Shown here piece after piece: positions 50,955 through 61,913 of a stretch of DNA of 64,000 nt. The first letter of the stretch is position 1. Each line of letters starts with the position of its first letter. A program made the translations under genes and the position numbers. Source of the stretch: Candidatus Binatia bacterium (GTDB lineage Bacteria > Desulfobacterota > Binatia > UBA9968 > JAJDTQ01); the NCBI GenBank assembly GCA_963666515.2, contig OY762897.2:1536001-1600000 (forward strand), in the 5' to 3' direction. A model generated the notes under the pieces. That model saw nothing but the letters and a program-made list of their open reading frames with translations, searched no databases and had not been told where the DNA came from.

Positions 50955-51830
50955 TCAACGCGAGTCTGATAGAATAGCGGCGATCCGTGGTTGCAGCTCG
51001 CCGGCAACCGTGTCGAAAGAGGGCAGGCCGGGCACCAGCACGCCGAGTGACTGTTCCCAAGTCTCTTCGACATACGCAAGAACGCGCTGGCGAAAGAAAT
51101 CCTCGGTACCTGAGAATGCAACGCCTCGGAGAGCGCATTTTTCACGGAGTCGTGGGTTGAAGTTCGCCCAATCCATATGGTCGCCGTAGGTCCTGAGCAC
51201 TCGCCAGAGGTCATAGTAGTCGCGGGCTCGGGAACGGCTCCAACCCCGCTTCTCCAGCATGTCGGCCTGTTGCAGGAGCGCCCGCAGCTTTTCGGCGACT
51301 ATCTCTTCGAGGGGATACACCTGTAGCGCCGCTTGGAGAGGTTCATCATAGTTGTGGATCACAAGCCGCTTCTCGGGAGGCCATAAGATCCTCTCGTCCA
51401 CGGTGACCTCGATCATGACCCGCGTCTGCATGCGACTGTGCCACGGAAGCCTTGCCCTGATTGTGAAAGCTTCCTGGCCTCCCGGATGCGGTTGCCGTTC
51501 CCTGTAACGCTCGCAGGTGATTTCAACAGGGGCGTATTCGTCCAGCAACTGAACAGCCGTTGCGCATGCCTCCTCTACCGAGTGCTCCATTTCATCGCCT
51601 GCGGGAGTCCCTTCGAGTCCCGAGAAGTCCAGATCCTCGGAGAAACGATACTCGCCGAAGTAGCACTTCCTGAGGGCGGTTCCACCCTTGAAGATCAAGT
51701 TGTCCCGGAGCGCAGGCATCTCAGCGATCCCGGCGAGTAGCCACGACAACAGGTAGTCTCTTTCAAGCACCTCCCATGGAGTGTCCGAGCGCTTACGCTC
51801 CTCCAGAAGACGTGTACGTAGCGGCCTCAT
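50955..51830 (-). CDS. abiEii: AbiEii family nucleotidyltransferase toxin (type IV TA)
   Basis: ERDYL, FKGGTAL, RFSEDLDF, AEKL and RARDYYD motifs; ATGA overlap with abiEi. Confidence 0.92.
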   Translation of the reverse strand: MRPLRTRLLEERKRSDTPWEVLERDYLLSWLLAGIAEMPALRDNLIFKGGTALRKCYFGEYRFSEDLDFSGLEGTPAGDEMEHSVEEACATAVQLLDEYAPVEITCERYRERQPHPGGQEAFTIRARLPWHSRMQTRVMIEVTVDERILWPPEKRLVIHNYDEPLQAALQVYPLEEIVAEKLRALLQQADMLEKRGWSRSRARDYYDLWRVLRTYGDHMDWANFNPRLREKCALRGVAFSGTEDFFRQRVLAYVEETWEQSLGVLVPGLPSFDTVAGELQPRIAAILSDSR

Positions 51831-52666
51831 GCCTGGATGCTCCCCGGCAGGTTCTCCTGGAGCATCCAACGACCATTGTACGGTCCCCTTCTTGGCCCGG
51901 AGGGATCGAGTTGACGGTAGCCCTTGACAGGAAGGGAGGCGAGCCTCTCGACGTCAAATGAGTTGACGGCGTGCGCTTCGAGGACCCATCCCAGGCGCTT
52001 GGCCGTCGCCGTACCGAGAAGAATCGCGTACCGGGTAATGCGTTCAATGTTCAGTCGAGGCAGTGCAACTCGAAATGCATGGAGGACCTCCGTGAAGTCA
52101 CCGTAGTGTCGAGGCATCGACAGGCCATCCAGCAGGGTACGCTCCAGGTCTGTAATGGTTACCCGGGCGTCGCCAACCCAGATTCGCTCGGTTCCGAAGA
52201 ACCGCTCCGGCCTCACCTGGGTGAAGCGATACGTCGTGCCCCCTACCACACAACCGTTGCCAGTGTCCTTGGAGCCCCCCCTCTTTGCACGGGGAACGGT
52301 CGTTCCCACGGTTGTAAGGACGAACACCGCCCTCGGAATCTGTTCGGTCAGGCCGTGTTGGTGCAAGGCGGACCAATGGGAAATCGCCGAAGGTACGACG
52401 AGAGCTGTGCCGATCTCGAATTCGTGGGCAGCCGTGACACCGGGCACGGTGGAAGAAAGCGCATGAAGGCCGCGCCGTAGCGAAACAATCCAGCCGTTGC
52501 GTCTGAGGTGATACAACGACTCCGCGACGTAAGCATCCTTAAGGCCCACACGAGGCGCCAATTCCTTTGCCTGTGCCGTGGTGAAGATCCGGTAACCTTC
52601 ATGGGCAAGGACTCGGACCAACTCGATGCCGACGAGAGATTGCTTGGGCTTTGTGATGCCATTCAT
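51827..52666 (-). CDS. abiEi: AbiEi family antitoxin
   Basis: N-terminal wHTH (LRRGL), ISHWSALHQHGLTEQIP, TDLERTLLD and KRLGW. Confidence 0.9.
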   Translation of the reverse strand: MNGITKPKQSLVGIELVRVLAHEGYRIFTTAQAKELAPRVGLKDAYVAESLYHLRRNGWIVSLRRGLHALSSTVPGVTAAHEFEIGTALVVPSAISHWSALHQHGLTEQIPRAVFVLTTVGTTVPRAKRGGSKDTGNGCVVGGTTYRFTQVRPERFFGTERIWVGDARVTITDLERTLLDGLSMPRHYGDFTEVLHAFRVALPRLNIERITRYAILLGTATAKRLGWVLEAHAVNSFDVERLASLPVKGYRQLDPSGPRRGPYNGRWMLQENLPGSIQA

Positions 52667-52721
52667 TGGATGGCCTCAAACGCCGCATTACTGAGGCTAT
52701 GCGCAGGCGCAAACTATTGTA

Positions 52722-52751
52722 AGTATACGTCGATATTTGGACAAATGTCAA
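52722..52751 (-). promoter_or_regulatory. Sigma70-like promoter of the abiE operon
   Basis: Minus strand TTGACA (52751-52746), 18 nt, TATACT (52727-52722). Confidence 0.6.
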
Positions 52752-52880
52752 ATTTTAGCGCAAAGCGATAATGTCTCCTTCTCCGGAAGGAAGGGGCTGA
52801 CCATGCGGGAAGTGGACCCGCTGGGAGTGATTCGGGAGGGTAGCGGGTAAGGGGTTCGGCAACGGGAAGCGGCTGAGCGG

Positions 52881-54877
52881 CTAGACTGAACTTCGAGAGC
52901 CGCGATATACTAACTTATTGATTTTGATGGGGAAAGAGGAGAAGTGGGGTATGGGCTACTGAGTACGTTCGAGGCGTACCCCCAAGAGTTTGAGGATTTG
53001 AGCCTGGAGGGGAGTGGGGCGGGTAATGATGTCGAAGGGTTGTGGGTCGGGGAGTTGGGGTGTGACGACGCGGTTTATGGCGATGGTGGCCAAGTCCTTG
53101 AGCAGGGAGCGGAAGCTGTGCACGGGCAGGCCTGAGGCGGTGATTTTGCGGTCGGCCTTGTCCTTGGCGGCGGGGGAGACCTGAGCGGGGGCGACCACGG
53201 AGGGGCGCAGGGCTTCGGCGGCTTGGGGATCGTGGTCGTCGAACAGCAGGGGCTTGAGGCGTTGGCGCATGTGCCACTCGACATAGTAGGCGAGCATGCA
53301 CAGGAAGACGTGGGCACGGACCCTGTGGGCGGCGTAGTGGAAGATGGGGCGTACCTTGAGGTCCACGGTCTTGTAGCTGCGGAAGGCTCGTTCCACCACA
53401 CTCAGACTCTTGTAGGCGCCCACCGTCTCCTGGGCATTGAGCACGGCCTGGGGGAGGTTGGTGCGGATGACGTAGAAGCCGTCGAGGGCGGCTTCCTGAG
53501 CGATGGCTGCGGCACGGCGTTGATGGGTCAAGACGCCGTCCTCCGAGACTGTGGTCTCGAAGTGCTTGCCGACCTTATGTTTGCTCAGGACCTTGCCGAG
53601 GCGCTGCTGGATGCGGCCGGGGTCGCTCAGGCGGCGCTTCTCACGGGTGGTGGCGGCGACGATGCGGTCGAGTTCTCGTTCGGTGGCCTGGAGCAGGGCT
53701 TCGCGCTTGCGCGCCCGCTCTTGGGCCAGCAGGGGATTGCGGCACACGATCAGGCGTTCTGCGGGATAGTCCGGGGATGTGATCTCGGCCAGGTGGCGCT
53801 GGTCGAACAGCGAGGGTTGCAAAGCCCCGTCTTCGGCCAGCCTGCGGATGGCCGGTGCGCGCAAGGCGCTGATCCAGTCCAGCCCTGCGGGTTGCACTTC
53901 CTCGCGGATGCGCGCTGTGGTGAGCAGGCCCCGGTCCCCCACCAGCACCACTCGGGCAAGAGCGAAGCGTCGGCGCAGCTTGTCGATCTGGATGCTCAGG
54001 GTGGCCGGGTCTGCGGTGTGGCCCTCGAACACCTCCACCGCTACGGGACAGCCCTCTCGGTTGCACAACAGTCCGAAGACGATCTGGAGCTTGCCCCGCT
54101 TGCCGTCTCGGGAGTAGCCGTGCCGGGCCAGGGGACAGCGTCGGCCCTCGACGTAGCTTGAGGTCACGTCGTAGAGCACCAGGGAGCCTTCCTCAAGATG
54201 GCGCTTGGCCAGACGCTTCTCGATGGCCCCTTGGCGTTCCAACAGCCAGTCCATGGCTGCGTACAGGTCATCCTCGTTGCTGTCGTCCAGACCGAGGGTT
54301 GAGGCCAGCGAATCCCGAGCGGTTTCCCGAGCCAAGCCGCGGGCGGTGGCCAGCTTCGAGCCCGGGGCCAGGACACGGGCCACCACCAAGGCGAGGACGC
54401 GGTCCCGTTCAGGCGAGGGTTGGGTTGAGATGAGGCGATCCAACTCCAGCTTGCGCACGGTGCCCAGGGCAGCGGCCACATGACCGTGGGGCAGGGAGCG
54501 GACGATGTCGAGGGCTTGTTCCGGGGCCGCCAGCGGTTCGTCCTTGAGCACCCGGCGCAGGGCTTCGATCCTGGCTTGGGGCCATTTGGAGAGGTTGGCG
54601 AGGGTGCGGCTTTTGACTTTGCCGTTGTGGCGGTAGCTTTCCCGCAGCAGGATGGCAGGGGGCGAGTTGCGGTTGGGGACGGCAGTTACGTACATGCTTA
54701 CTATAGTAGGCCATGATCCACTATAATGTCAAGCCTAAAAGCCGCAATAACCAGACATCCCTCTATATACATGCCTACATAGGAACCCCGTTTCAACTCG
54801 ATATTTGCAATTTCCCTTGCCTTTTCAACCACTTGACCCTGCAACTCAAGCTTGGTCCGCCGGGAAGTTCGGGCTAG
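52881..54877 (-). mobile_element. IS1634 family insertion sequence with CTAG at both ends
   Basis: CTAGACTGAACTTC (52881) and GAAGTTCGGGCTAG (to 54877) are imperfect inverted ends; removing the element rejoins the ISNCY frame. Confidence 0.88.
52956..54695 (-). CDS. IS1634 family transposase
   Basis: LLRESYR..RTLANLS, LYDVTSSY, GYSRD, VGDRG, VERAFR and RVRAHV motifs. Confidence 0.93.
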   Translation of the reverse strand: MYVTAVPNRNSPPAILLRESYRHNGKVKSRTLANLSKWPQARIEALRRVLKDEPLAAPEQALDIVRSLPHGHVAAALGTVRKLELDRLISTQPSPERDRVLALVVARVLAPGSKLATARGLARETARDSLASTLGLDDSNEDDLYAAMDWLLERQGAIEKRLAKRHLEEGSLVLYDVTSSYVEGRRCPLARHGYSRDGKRGKLQIVFGLLCNREGCPVAVEVFEGHTADPATLSIQIDKLRRRFALARVVLVGDRGLLTTARIREEVQPAGLDWISALRAPAIRRLAEDGALQPSLFDQRHLAEITSPDYPAERLIVCRNPLLAQERARKREALLQATERELDRIVAATTREKRRLSDPGRIQQRLGKVLSKHKVGKHFETTVSEDGVLTHQRRAAAIAQEAALDGFYVIRTNLPQAVLNAQETVGAYKSLSVVERAFRSYKTVDLKVRPIFHYAAHRVRAHVFLCMLAYYVEWHMRQRLKPLLFDDHDPQAAEALRPSVVAPAQVSPAAKDKADRKITASGLPVHSFRSLLKDLATIAINRVVTPQLPDPQPFDIITRPTPLQAQILKLLGVRLERTQ

Positions 54878-54933
54878 AGCTGAGCGTGCGGCAAGTGAAG
54901 CGGCTGTTGCGGCGGTATCGAGAGTTGGGGGCG

Positions 54934-56082
54934 ATGCCCGGAATCAAGTACAAGGTGACGTTGACAGGTGAAGAGAGACAAATGCTGGAGGAGGTTGCGA
55001 CGCGTGGCCGGCACAGCAGCCAGAAGATGCTGAATGCGCTGATCCTGCTTCGATGCGACGAGGGTCCGGAGCAGAAGCGGAAGATGACGAACCAGGCGAT
55101 TGCGGACGTGTTGCCGGTGAGCATGAAGAAGATCGACCGTGTGAAGCGGCGATTCGTGGAGGACGGTCTGGAGGCGGCGTTGGACAAGCGGAAAGCGGAA
55201 CGGAGCCATATTCGGAAGGCGGATGGGGATTTTGAGGCGCACTTGGTGGCGCTGAGTTGCAGCCAGCCGCCGGCTGGACATGCCCGCTGGTCGTTGCGTT
55301 TGTTGGCGGACCAAATGGTGGAACTGCACTATGTGGACACCATTTCCCATGAGACCGTCCGTCGGGTACTAAAAAAACGAGTTGAAGCCGTGGAAGAAGC
55401 AGCAGTGGGTGATACCGCCGAGTGGAAGCGGCGAGTTTGTGGCCCGGATGGAACAGGTGCTCGATGTCTACAAGCGGCCCTATGACGGGCAGCACCCGGT
55501 GGTCTGTATGGATGAATCGCCGCGCCAGCTCATCCGGGAGATGCGGACACCGGTGCCCGCCTGTCCCAGCCAAGTGGCGCGCCAGGACTACGAATACGAG
55601 AGGTGTGGCGTCTGCAGCGTGTTCATGGCCGTGGAACCCCTCAGCGGTCAGCGCACGGTCCGGGTGAGCGAACGCCGTGCTCGAGCCGGCTGGGCCTACT
55701 TTCTCAAGGACATAGCCCGGCTCTGGCAGCGGGCTGAGAAGATCACGCTGGTGATGGACAATCTGAACACGCATGGCCCCGGATCGCTGTATGACACCTT
55801 CGAGCCCCGCACCGCCAAAGCGCTCTGGGATCGTTTCGAGTTCGTTTACACTCCCAAACACGGCAGTTGGCTGAACATGGCTGAAATCGAACTGAACGTC
55901 CTGATCCGCCAATGCCTGGACCGCAGAATCGATACCATCGAGGAAATGCGGCACGAGGTCGCCGCTTGGCAAGAGCGCAGAAACAACGCCAACGCCAAAA
56001 TCGACTGGCACTTCACTGCTGCTAATGCCCGAACCAAACTGAAACGCCTTTATCCGACACTTCAGACATGACGTGACACTAG
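54934..56082 (+). mobile_element. IS630 family element, frameshifted two-ORF transposase; left end apparently missing
   Basis: OrfA from ATG 54934 (RWSLRLLA, ISHETVRRVLKK); A7C slippery site 55371-55378; OrfB to 56071 (CMDES, VMDNL, WLNMAEIE); right end ..GTGACACTAG. Confidence 0.88.
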
Positions 56083-56504
56083 TGCGGGAGCGCTACGAGG
56101 ATTTCTCACCGACCTTGGCAGCGGAAAAGCTCCGGGAGGTGCACGGCCGTCGGGTGTGGACGGAGACCGACGGCTCACCGCACCGGTGGTTGGAGGACCG
56201 GGGGCCTTCGTACACCCTGATGGTGTTCATCGACGACGCCGCCAGCCAGTTCATGCCCTGCGCTTCGTCGAGGCATCGACTCCATGGTGGAAGCCAACGC
56301 CTTCCTGCCCGAGCACATGGCCGACCACAACCGCCGCTTTGCCGTGCCCCCGCAAACCCCCGCGACGCCCACCGCCCGGTGCTCCACAACGCCGCTTCTC
56401 TCGACCTCATCCTGAGCCTCCACTCCATCCGAAAGCTCAGCCGCAACCGCACCCTGAGATATCAGGACCATGAGTACCAAGTCCTGAACCCGGGGAACTT
56501 CGGT

Positions 56505-58244
56505 CTAGTCTTGTGACCACGCAGGACCGAATTCCGCCGCCGGCGCATTCATCTGTTCAATGAGGGCTGGACCGGTAGGAAAACCGGATAGCATGCCCGC
56601 TTGTGTTGCGGCAACTAGTTTTTCCCCCTGCCAACTGGAGTTGCCTTTGAGCCAGTTCTGCGGACTAAACACCTTACCCTTAGTTTGTGTCTCAATAAGT
56701 GCATTCTGCATGGCAGTTTCTACGCAGGTGGCTGCCATCGGAAGAATGGCGCTGGCCTGCTCCAGCGCATTCGTCGTGGCACCCGGCGCCACGACGGCTT
56801 GGGTTTGTTGATTGATAGCGGCGATGAGAGATGAGACTGCGAAAAGAATATGATACCTCGCGTGAGAGCGTCCCGCCCGCAATTCGTTATTCATATTCAA
56901 ATTCGGCCACGCTTCATCAATGGCTCGTATCCAACCGTTTAATGCAGCGATATTCTCAGGTGGATAGCCACTACGAAAGAGCGTTTTGTAGTACTCGTCA
57001 AAGATCTTCTTCTCATTGTGCGAGATATTCGGCCGCTGGCAATGCCAAGCCATGACGCACTTACCGAACAATGACGCATCGACCACGAGGTCAGGCGGTT
57101 TGACTTGATCATCAGGCGCCATTTGGCCACGTTTGGTAAGAAACGCTCCATTTGGGTATCGCGTCTCAAAGGCCTTCTTCAAGCCGACCATTATACGATC
57201 GTTACTCCGTAGATCACGCTGTTTAACGGCGCTTTGGGAGTTGGTGTTGATGCTGATATGGTCTCCGAAGGCACGATCCTTAATTTCGTAGAAACGAAAA
57301 AGGATGTGTGCCCCTTGCGCCTCCGGAGCGCGGACTCGCTCGGAACAGCTGTAGATGGTACTAAGGGACTGACAACCATTGACTACGCTTATACCCTTTA
57401 AGGTTAGTTTAGTTTGGTCAGCACTCATAGTCATCGCGTCACAGATCGCTGTGATTCCGTTGTGGTAGAACATGAAATCGCGGACACGCTCACCTTGGAT
57501 CGTCTGTTTCAATGCACGGTTCACCTTATTGTTGGTGCCCAGTGATTGTCGAACGTTCTTGGCAAACAACCGCCCATCGGCGATGCCGGGAAACTTAAGG
57601 CACTCGGTTAGCGGAAGCATGGCGATGACGGTATTCGCACTCGAAAATGGGGAGTTGACTGTCTTAGCCGGGTCTAGCGTGACGGTGTGCTCCAGCGATG
57701 GTAGAACCGTGTTTTCCGCCTCGGAGAGCCGCGCTGTCAACATTTCGGTGTCGATAAGATGTATGGTCGCTGCGAGATCTTCGAACTGCGAAACCTGCTC
57801 GGTGAACGCCAAAAGGTCGTCTTGAGCCGCCTGTGTCAGGGTTCCCGTGGTCAACAGTTCAAATTCTACGCGGTAGTCGTCATCCAAGGCGGTGCGGACT
57901 GCTTCTATCTTCTTCTTCAGTCTCTCGTTGCAATTTTCCTGCAAGGAATTCAAGTCCTGAATCCTTAGCCATGCGGTCAGGACTTCCTGAATTGGTCCGC
58001 CGTCCACTTGGCCAGTCGTGATAAACTTGCCCTGAATGACAATGATACGCTGTTCCTCATCGTCCACGATCACGGCGTCGATTTCCTTGTCATTCGGCCC
58101 GTCGGTGATGTCGTCGCGCGTCTGCGCATCGTCTCGCAGGAGCACCCGTCTGAGGTACCAGGCGATGAAGCGTTGGCCATCGTTGGTGAAGTTAGTTCGG
58201 TAGTACGGGTCGCCCGCGATCTCGCGCTGAATCTGAGCAAGCAT
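56505..58244 (-). CDS. AIPR family protein (abortive infection phage resistance)
   Basis: NDKEIDA..IQGKF, LFAKNVRQSL, FMFYHNGIT, VVNGCQS and NTNSQS motifs. Confidence 0.9.
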   Translation of the reverse strand: MLAQIQREIAGDPYYRTNFTNDGQRFIAWYLRRVLLRDDAQTRDDITDGPNDKEIDAVIVDDEEQRIIVIQGKFITTGQVDGGPIQEVLTAWLRIQDLNSLQENCNERLKKKIEAVRTALDDDYRVEFELLTTGTLTQAAQDDLLAFTEQVSQFEDLAATIHLIDTEMLTARLSEAENTVLPSLEHTVTLDPAKTVNSPFSSANTVIAMLPLTECLKFPGIADGRLFAKNVRQSLGTNNKVNRALKQTIQGERVRDFMFYHNGITAICDAMTMSADQTKLTLKGISVVNGCQSLSTIYSCSERVRAPEAQGAHILFRFYEIKDRAFGDHISINTNSQSAVKQRDLRSNDRIMVGLKKAFETRYPNGAFLTKRGQMAPDDQVKPPDLVVDASLFGKCVMAWHCQRPNISHNEKKIFDEYYKTLFRSGYPPENIAALNGWIRAIDEAWPNLNMNNELRAGRSHARYHILFAVSSLIAAINQQTQAVVAPGATTNALEQASAILPMAATCVETAMQNALIETQTKGKVFSPQNWLKGNSSWQGEKLVAATQAGMLSGFPTGPALIEQMNAPAAEFGPAWSQD

Positions 58245-58532
58245 CGGAGTATTCTCCCATTTTGGGGTTCTGACAGCTTGTTGTGTGTGCCTTCATCGTC
58301 TCCAACTACGTCCGTGGCAGGTAACCGTTCGCTGCCTTAGCCAAACCTCAAACCGCCTCCAAGGGGTATTGGAAAGCTGCTAGAAACCTAGCGCTGATCC
58401 GACCGGCTCGTCGCATCGTTCCAAACGGCTAACAGTGTCAGTAGTGACGTGAATCCTCGCTAATTTTTATGTGAAGGAGTTCTTATCATACTATCGAATG
58501 GAAGGAAATGCGGGGGGTGGGCTGCGGGAACG

Positions 58533-59498
58533 CTAGAACAGGTGGCAAGCCACCCTCCGCTCCGGCGCGGCTTCCTGGAGCACCGGCTCCTCCTCTGCGC
58601 ACCGGGGCATGGCCAGAGGGCAGCGCGGGTGGAAGCGGCAGCCGGAGGGCGGGTTCATGGGGTTGGGGACCTCGCCGGCCACTACCATCTCGTCCGACTC
58701 CTGCCCTTTCCGCACCGGCAGGGCGGCGGCGATGAGCGCCTTGGTGTAGGGGTGCAGGGGCTCCGCGTAGAGCGCATCGGACTTGGCTTCCTCGACGATC
58801 CGCCCCAAGTACATGACCGCGACCCGGTGGCTCAGGTGTCGGGACACGGCCAAGTCGTGGGTGATGAGCAGATAACTCAGGCCGTGCTGGTCCTGCAGGT
58901 CCTTGAGCAGGTTGATGATCTGGCTCCGGATCGAGGCGTCGAGGGAAGCTACCGGCTCATCCAGGACGATCAATCGGGAATGGGTAGCCAGTGCCCGCGC
59001 CAGGGCGATGCGCTGGCGCTGTCCGCCGCTGAACTCGTGGGGGTAGAGCCGGGCGAAGGCGGCGTCGAGGTTGACGTCCTTCAGGACCTCCGCGACGCGC
59101 TCGCGCACCGCCTTGCGGGGCAGCCCGGTGTTCACCTCCAGCGGCTCGCCGATGATGTCGCCCACCCGCATCCTGGGGTTGAGGGAGCTTTGGGGGTCCT
59201 GGAACACGGCCTGCACGGTGCCGCGGTAGCGCCGCAGGTCCTGCCCGGACATCTCCCGCAGGCTGACCCCCTCGTAGAGCATCTCGCCGCTGGTGGGGTG
59301 CTCCAGCAGCAACACCATCTTCGCCGTCGTGCTCTTGCCGCAACCCGACTCCCCCACCAGTCCCAGGGTCTCACCGCCGTCGATGTGAAAGCTGATGTCC
59401 TCCACCGCATGGATCCAGCCCACGTTGCCGCCGAGGATCAGCCCCTTGGTGACCGCAAAGCGTTTACTTACGTTCCTGGCTTCCAGCAGCGGACTCAT
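58533..59498 (-). CDS. Peptide ABC transporter ATP-binding protein (DppF/OppF-like)
   Basis: [20 protein letters not shown] and GCRFHPRCP motifs. Confidence 0.95.
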   Translation of the reverse strand: MSPLLEARNVSKRFAVTKGLILGGNVGWIHAVEDISFHIDGGETLGLVGESGCGKSTTAKMVLLLEHPTSGEMLYEGVSLREMSGQDLRRYRGTVQAVFQDPQSSLNPRMRVGDIIGEPLEVNTGLPRKAVRERVAEVLKDVNLDAAFARLYPHEFSGGQRQRIALARALATHSRLIVLDEPVASLDASIRSQIINLLKDLQDQHGLSYLLITHDLAVSRHLSHRVAVMYLGRIVEEAKSDALYAEPLHPYTKALIAAALPVRKGQESDEMVVAGEVPNPMNPPSGCRFHPRCPLAMPRCAEEEPVLQEAAPERRVACHLF

Positions 59499-60495
59499 GC
59501 CCGTCCTTCTCGTGCAGCCAGCAGGACACGGCGTGGTCAGCACCGAGTCTCGTCACCGGCGGGGACTCCGACCGGCAGATATCCATGGCCCTGGGACAAC
59601 GGGGTGCGAACGCGCAGCCCGGTGGCAGGTCGTGGATCAACGGCGGGCTTCCCTCAATGGACGGAAAGCGGTGCACCTTGCGGTCCATGCGCGGGACCGA
59701 TTGCAGCAACGCTTCCGTGTAGGGATGCGCGGGACGTTCGAACAGCGCCTCCACGGTCAACTGCTCCACGATCCTGCCGGCGTACATGACCGCCACCCGA
59801 TCACAGATCCTCGCCAACGTGGCCAGGTCGTGAGTGATGTAGATGATGGAGAGGTTCGACTCCCGTTGCAGCTCCTTCAGCAGCCGCAGGTACTGGGCCT
59901 GGATGGTGACGTCCAGGGAGGTGGTGGGCTCGTCCGCGATGAGGATCTTCGGTCCGGCGGCGATGGCCGTGGCGCCCACCACCCGCTGGCGCATGCCGCC
60001 GCTGAACTGGTGCGGATAGTCCCTCAACCGCGACTCCGGCGCGGGTATGCGCACCAGGCTCAGCAGGTTCGAGACCCGCTCCCAGAGGCCGGAACGGGAC
60101 ACGACGCCGTGGACCCGCAACGGCTCCGCCACCTGGTTGCCGATGGTGAACACCGGATTCAGGGTGCTCAGGGGATCCTGGAGGATCATGGCGATCTCCC
60201 GGCCCCGGACCGCGCGCATTTCCTGCTCGGATATTTTCAGCAGGTCCCGGCCCCAGAACAGCACCTCGCCCGAGACGATGCGCCCGGCCGGCCGCGGCAC
60301 CAGCCGTAGGATGGAGAGGCTGGTCATGCTCTTGCCGCAGCCCGACTCGCCCAGGAGCCCCAGCGACTCCCCCTGGTCCAGCGTGAAGGAGACCCCGTCC
60401 ACGGCCCTGCCCGTTCCGGAGCGGGTGAAGAAGTAGGTTCTCAGGTCCTTGACTTCGAGCAGGGGCTGCTGGGGAGCATTGGCGTGGGTATCCAT
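59464..60495 (-). CDS. Peptide ABC transporter ATP-binding protein (DppD/OppD-like)
   Basis: [22 protein letters not shown] and GCAFAPRC motifs. Confidence 0.95.
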   Translation of the reverse strand: MDTHANAPQQPLLEVKDLRTYFFTRSGTGRAVDGVSFTLDQGESLGLLGESGCGKSMTSLSILRLVPRPAGRIVSGEVLFWGRDLLKISEQEMRAVRGREIAMILQDPLSTLNPVFTIGNQVAEPLRVHGVVSRSGLWERVSNLLSLVRIPAPESRLRDYPHQFSGGMRQRVVGATAIAAGPKILIADEPTTSLDVTIQAQYLRLLKELQRESNLSIIYITHDLATLARICDRVAVMYAGRIVEQLTVEALFERPAHPYTEALLQSVPRMDRKVHRFPSIEGSPPLIHDLPPGCAFAPRCPRAMDICRSESPPVTRLGADHAVSCWLHEKDGHESAAGSQERK

Positions 60496-60645
60496 GGAAT
60501 CCACCGCGAGGCACCGGCATCTTGACATAAAAAAGGTCCCGGTAGTAACGGTAAAACGGCAGCGAGCCATTCAACCACGAGGCCGCGGACACCTGCCTTC
60601 CGCGCATCTTCCGCACATCGGGACGGCTGGATCGGAGCAACTCAC

Positions 60646-61842
60646 ATGGACGATTTCACGAACACGCTGGTCATCGACGCGGACGGTCACGTCAACGAGG
60701 GCGACATCGACTTCGCGCCGTGGCTACCAGAGAAGTACAAACCGCTGGCGCCGGTGCGCCTCAAGGACAATCGCGGCGGCAACCGCCTGATGCTGGAGGG
60801 GCGCATCTGGCCCGCCAACGAGGGACCGGGTCCGGGCGTGACCGGGCCCATGACGGAGGAAGCGCGCAAGGGCCGCCCCGGCATGACCGACCCCAAGGAA
60901 CGCCTCAAGGACATGGACATCGAGGGCATCGACGTGGCGGTGATCTTCGGCACGCAGATCGCGCTCACCGTGAACGGGCTCATGGACAAGGGCTTGGCCG
61001 GCGCCCTGTGCCACGCGGTCAACGAGTGGCTGATCGAATACTGCTCCGCGGACACGAGCCGTCTGCGGGCGGTGGGCCTCATCCCCTGCCAGGACCCCGA
61101 GGCCGCGGTACGTGAACTGCACTACCTGGCCGACCACGGCGCCACCACCGCCATGCTGCCCACCAACGTCTACGGCCGCAACATGGGCGACGCCATGTTC
61201 GATCCCATCTACGCCGCCGCACAGGAAATCGGCATCCCGCTCTCGGTGCACCCGCAGACCGGCCACGACGGGGTTCCGGGCGTGTCAGGGGTGATGGGCG
61301 CGGGCAGCCGGCGTTTCTACAAATACGTCTACGTGCACATGACGGCGTTCCCCTTCGAGCTGATGATCGCCATGATGCACATGCTCGGCGAAGGCGTATT
61401 CGACTGCTATCCCAAACTCAAGGTCGCCTACATGGAGGGAGGCGCCGGCTGGCTGCCCTTCTGGATGGAACGCCTGGACGAGCACATGGAGAAGCTGGCG
61501 CCGCAGATGCCGGAAATGCGCCGCCGCCCCAGTGAGGTCATCCGTAGCGAGCAGCTCGTGCTGTCCTGCGAGTCCGAGGAGATCGGACTCGACCGGGTCC
61601 TGGACGCCTCCGGAGCAGCCACCGTGCTCTACGCTTCGGACTACTGCCACTGGGACTGCCATTTCCCCTACTCCGTCCGCGACGTCATCTCCGGCGACGA
61701 CCTGAGCTTCGAGCAGAAGGAGCAGGTGCTGTACAAGAACGCGGTGGAGTTCTTCGACCTGAAGGACCTGCCCGAGCCCAGTGCGCTGGCCAAGGCCATG
61801 AGCACGTGGGACAGCTATAATGGGGGCGTGCCGCCGGCCTAG
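60646..61842 (+). CDS. Amidohydrolase family protein (Amidohydro_2)
   Basis: DADGH, SVHP, YMEGG and ASDYCHWD motifs. Confidence 0.92.
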   Translation: MDDFTNTLVIDADGHVNEGDIDFAPWLPEKYKPLAPVRLKDNRGGNRLMLEGRIWPANEGPGPGVTGPMTEEARKGRPGMTDPKERLKDMDIEGIDVAVIFGTQIALTVNGLMDKGLAGALCHAVNEWLIEYCSADTSRLRAVGLIPCQDPEAAVRELHYLADHGATTAMLPTNVYGRNMGDAMFDPIYAAAQEIGIPLSVHPQTGHDGVPGVSGVMGAGSRRFYKYVYVHMTAFPFELMIAMMHMLGEGVFDCYPKLKVAYMEGGAGWLPFWMERLDEHMEKLAPQMPEMRRRPSEVIRSEQLVLSCESEEIGLDRVLDASGAATVLYASDYCHWDCHFPYSVRDVISGDDLSFEQKEQVLYKNAVEFFDLKDLPEPSALAKAMSTWDSYNGGVPPA

Positions 61843-61913
61843 ACCCGTAGCGGGGCATCCACCGCAATGCATGCCCCTGTGAATCGGACCAACAGCATCG
61901 ATCGGAGGACACC

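Larger units (their letters stand above)
52803..56490 (+). pseudogene. Decayed ISNCY-like transposase split by IS1634 and IS630
   Basis: Pieces MREVD..RQREAAERL (52803-52883), ELSVRQVKRLLRRYRELGA (54877-54933) and VRERYEDFSPTLAAEKL..HRWLEDRGP..VFIDDA (from about 56080). Confidence 0.75.

Noticed and set aside
54805-54933. N-terminal extension of the 54805-55485 ORF
   Set aside because: Artefactual read-through of the IS1634 end and an ISNCY fragment; the IS630 ORF starts at ATG 54934.
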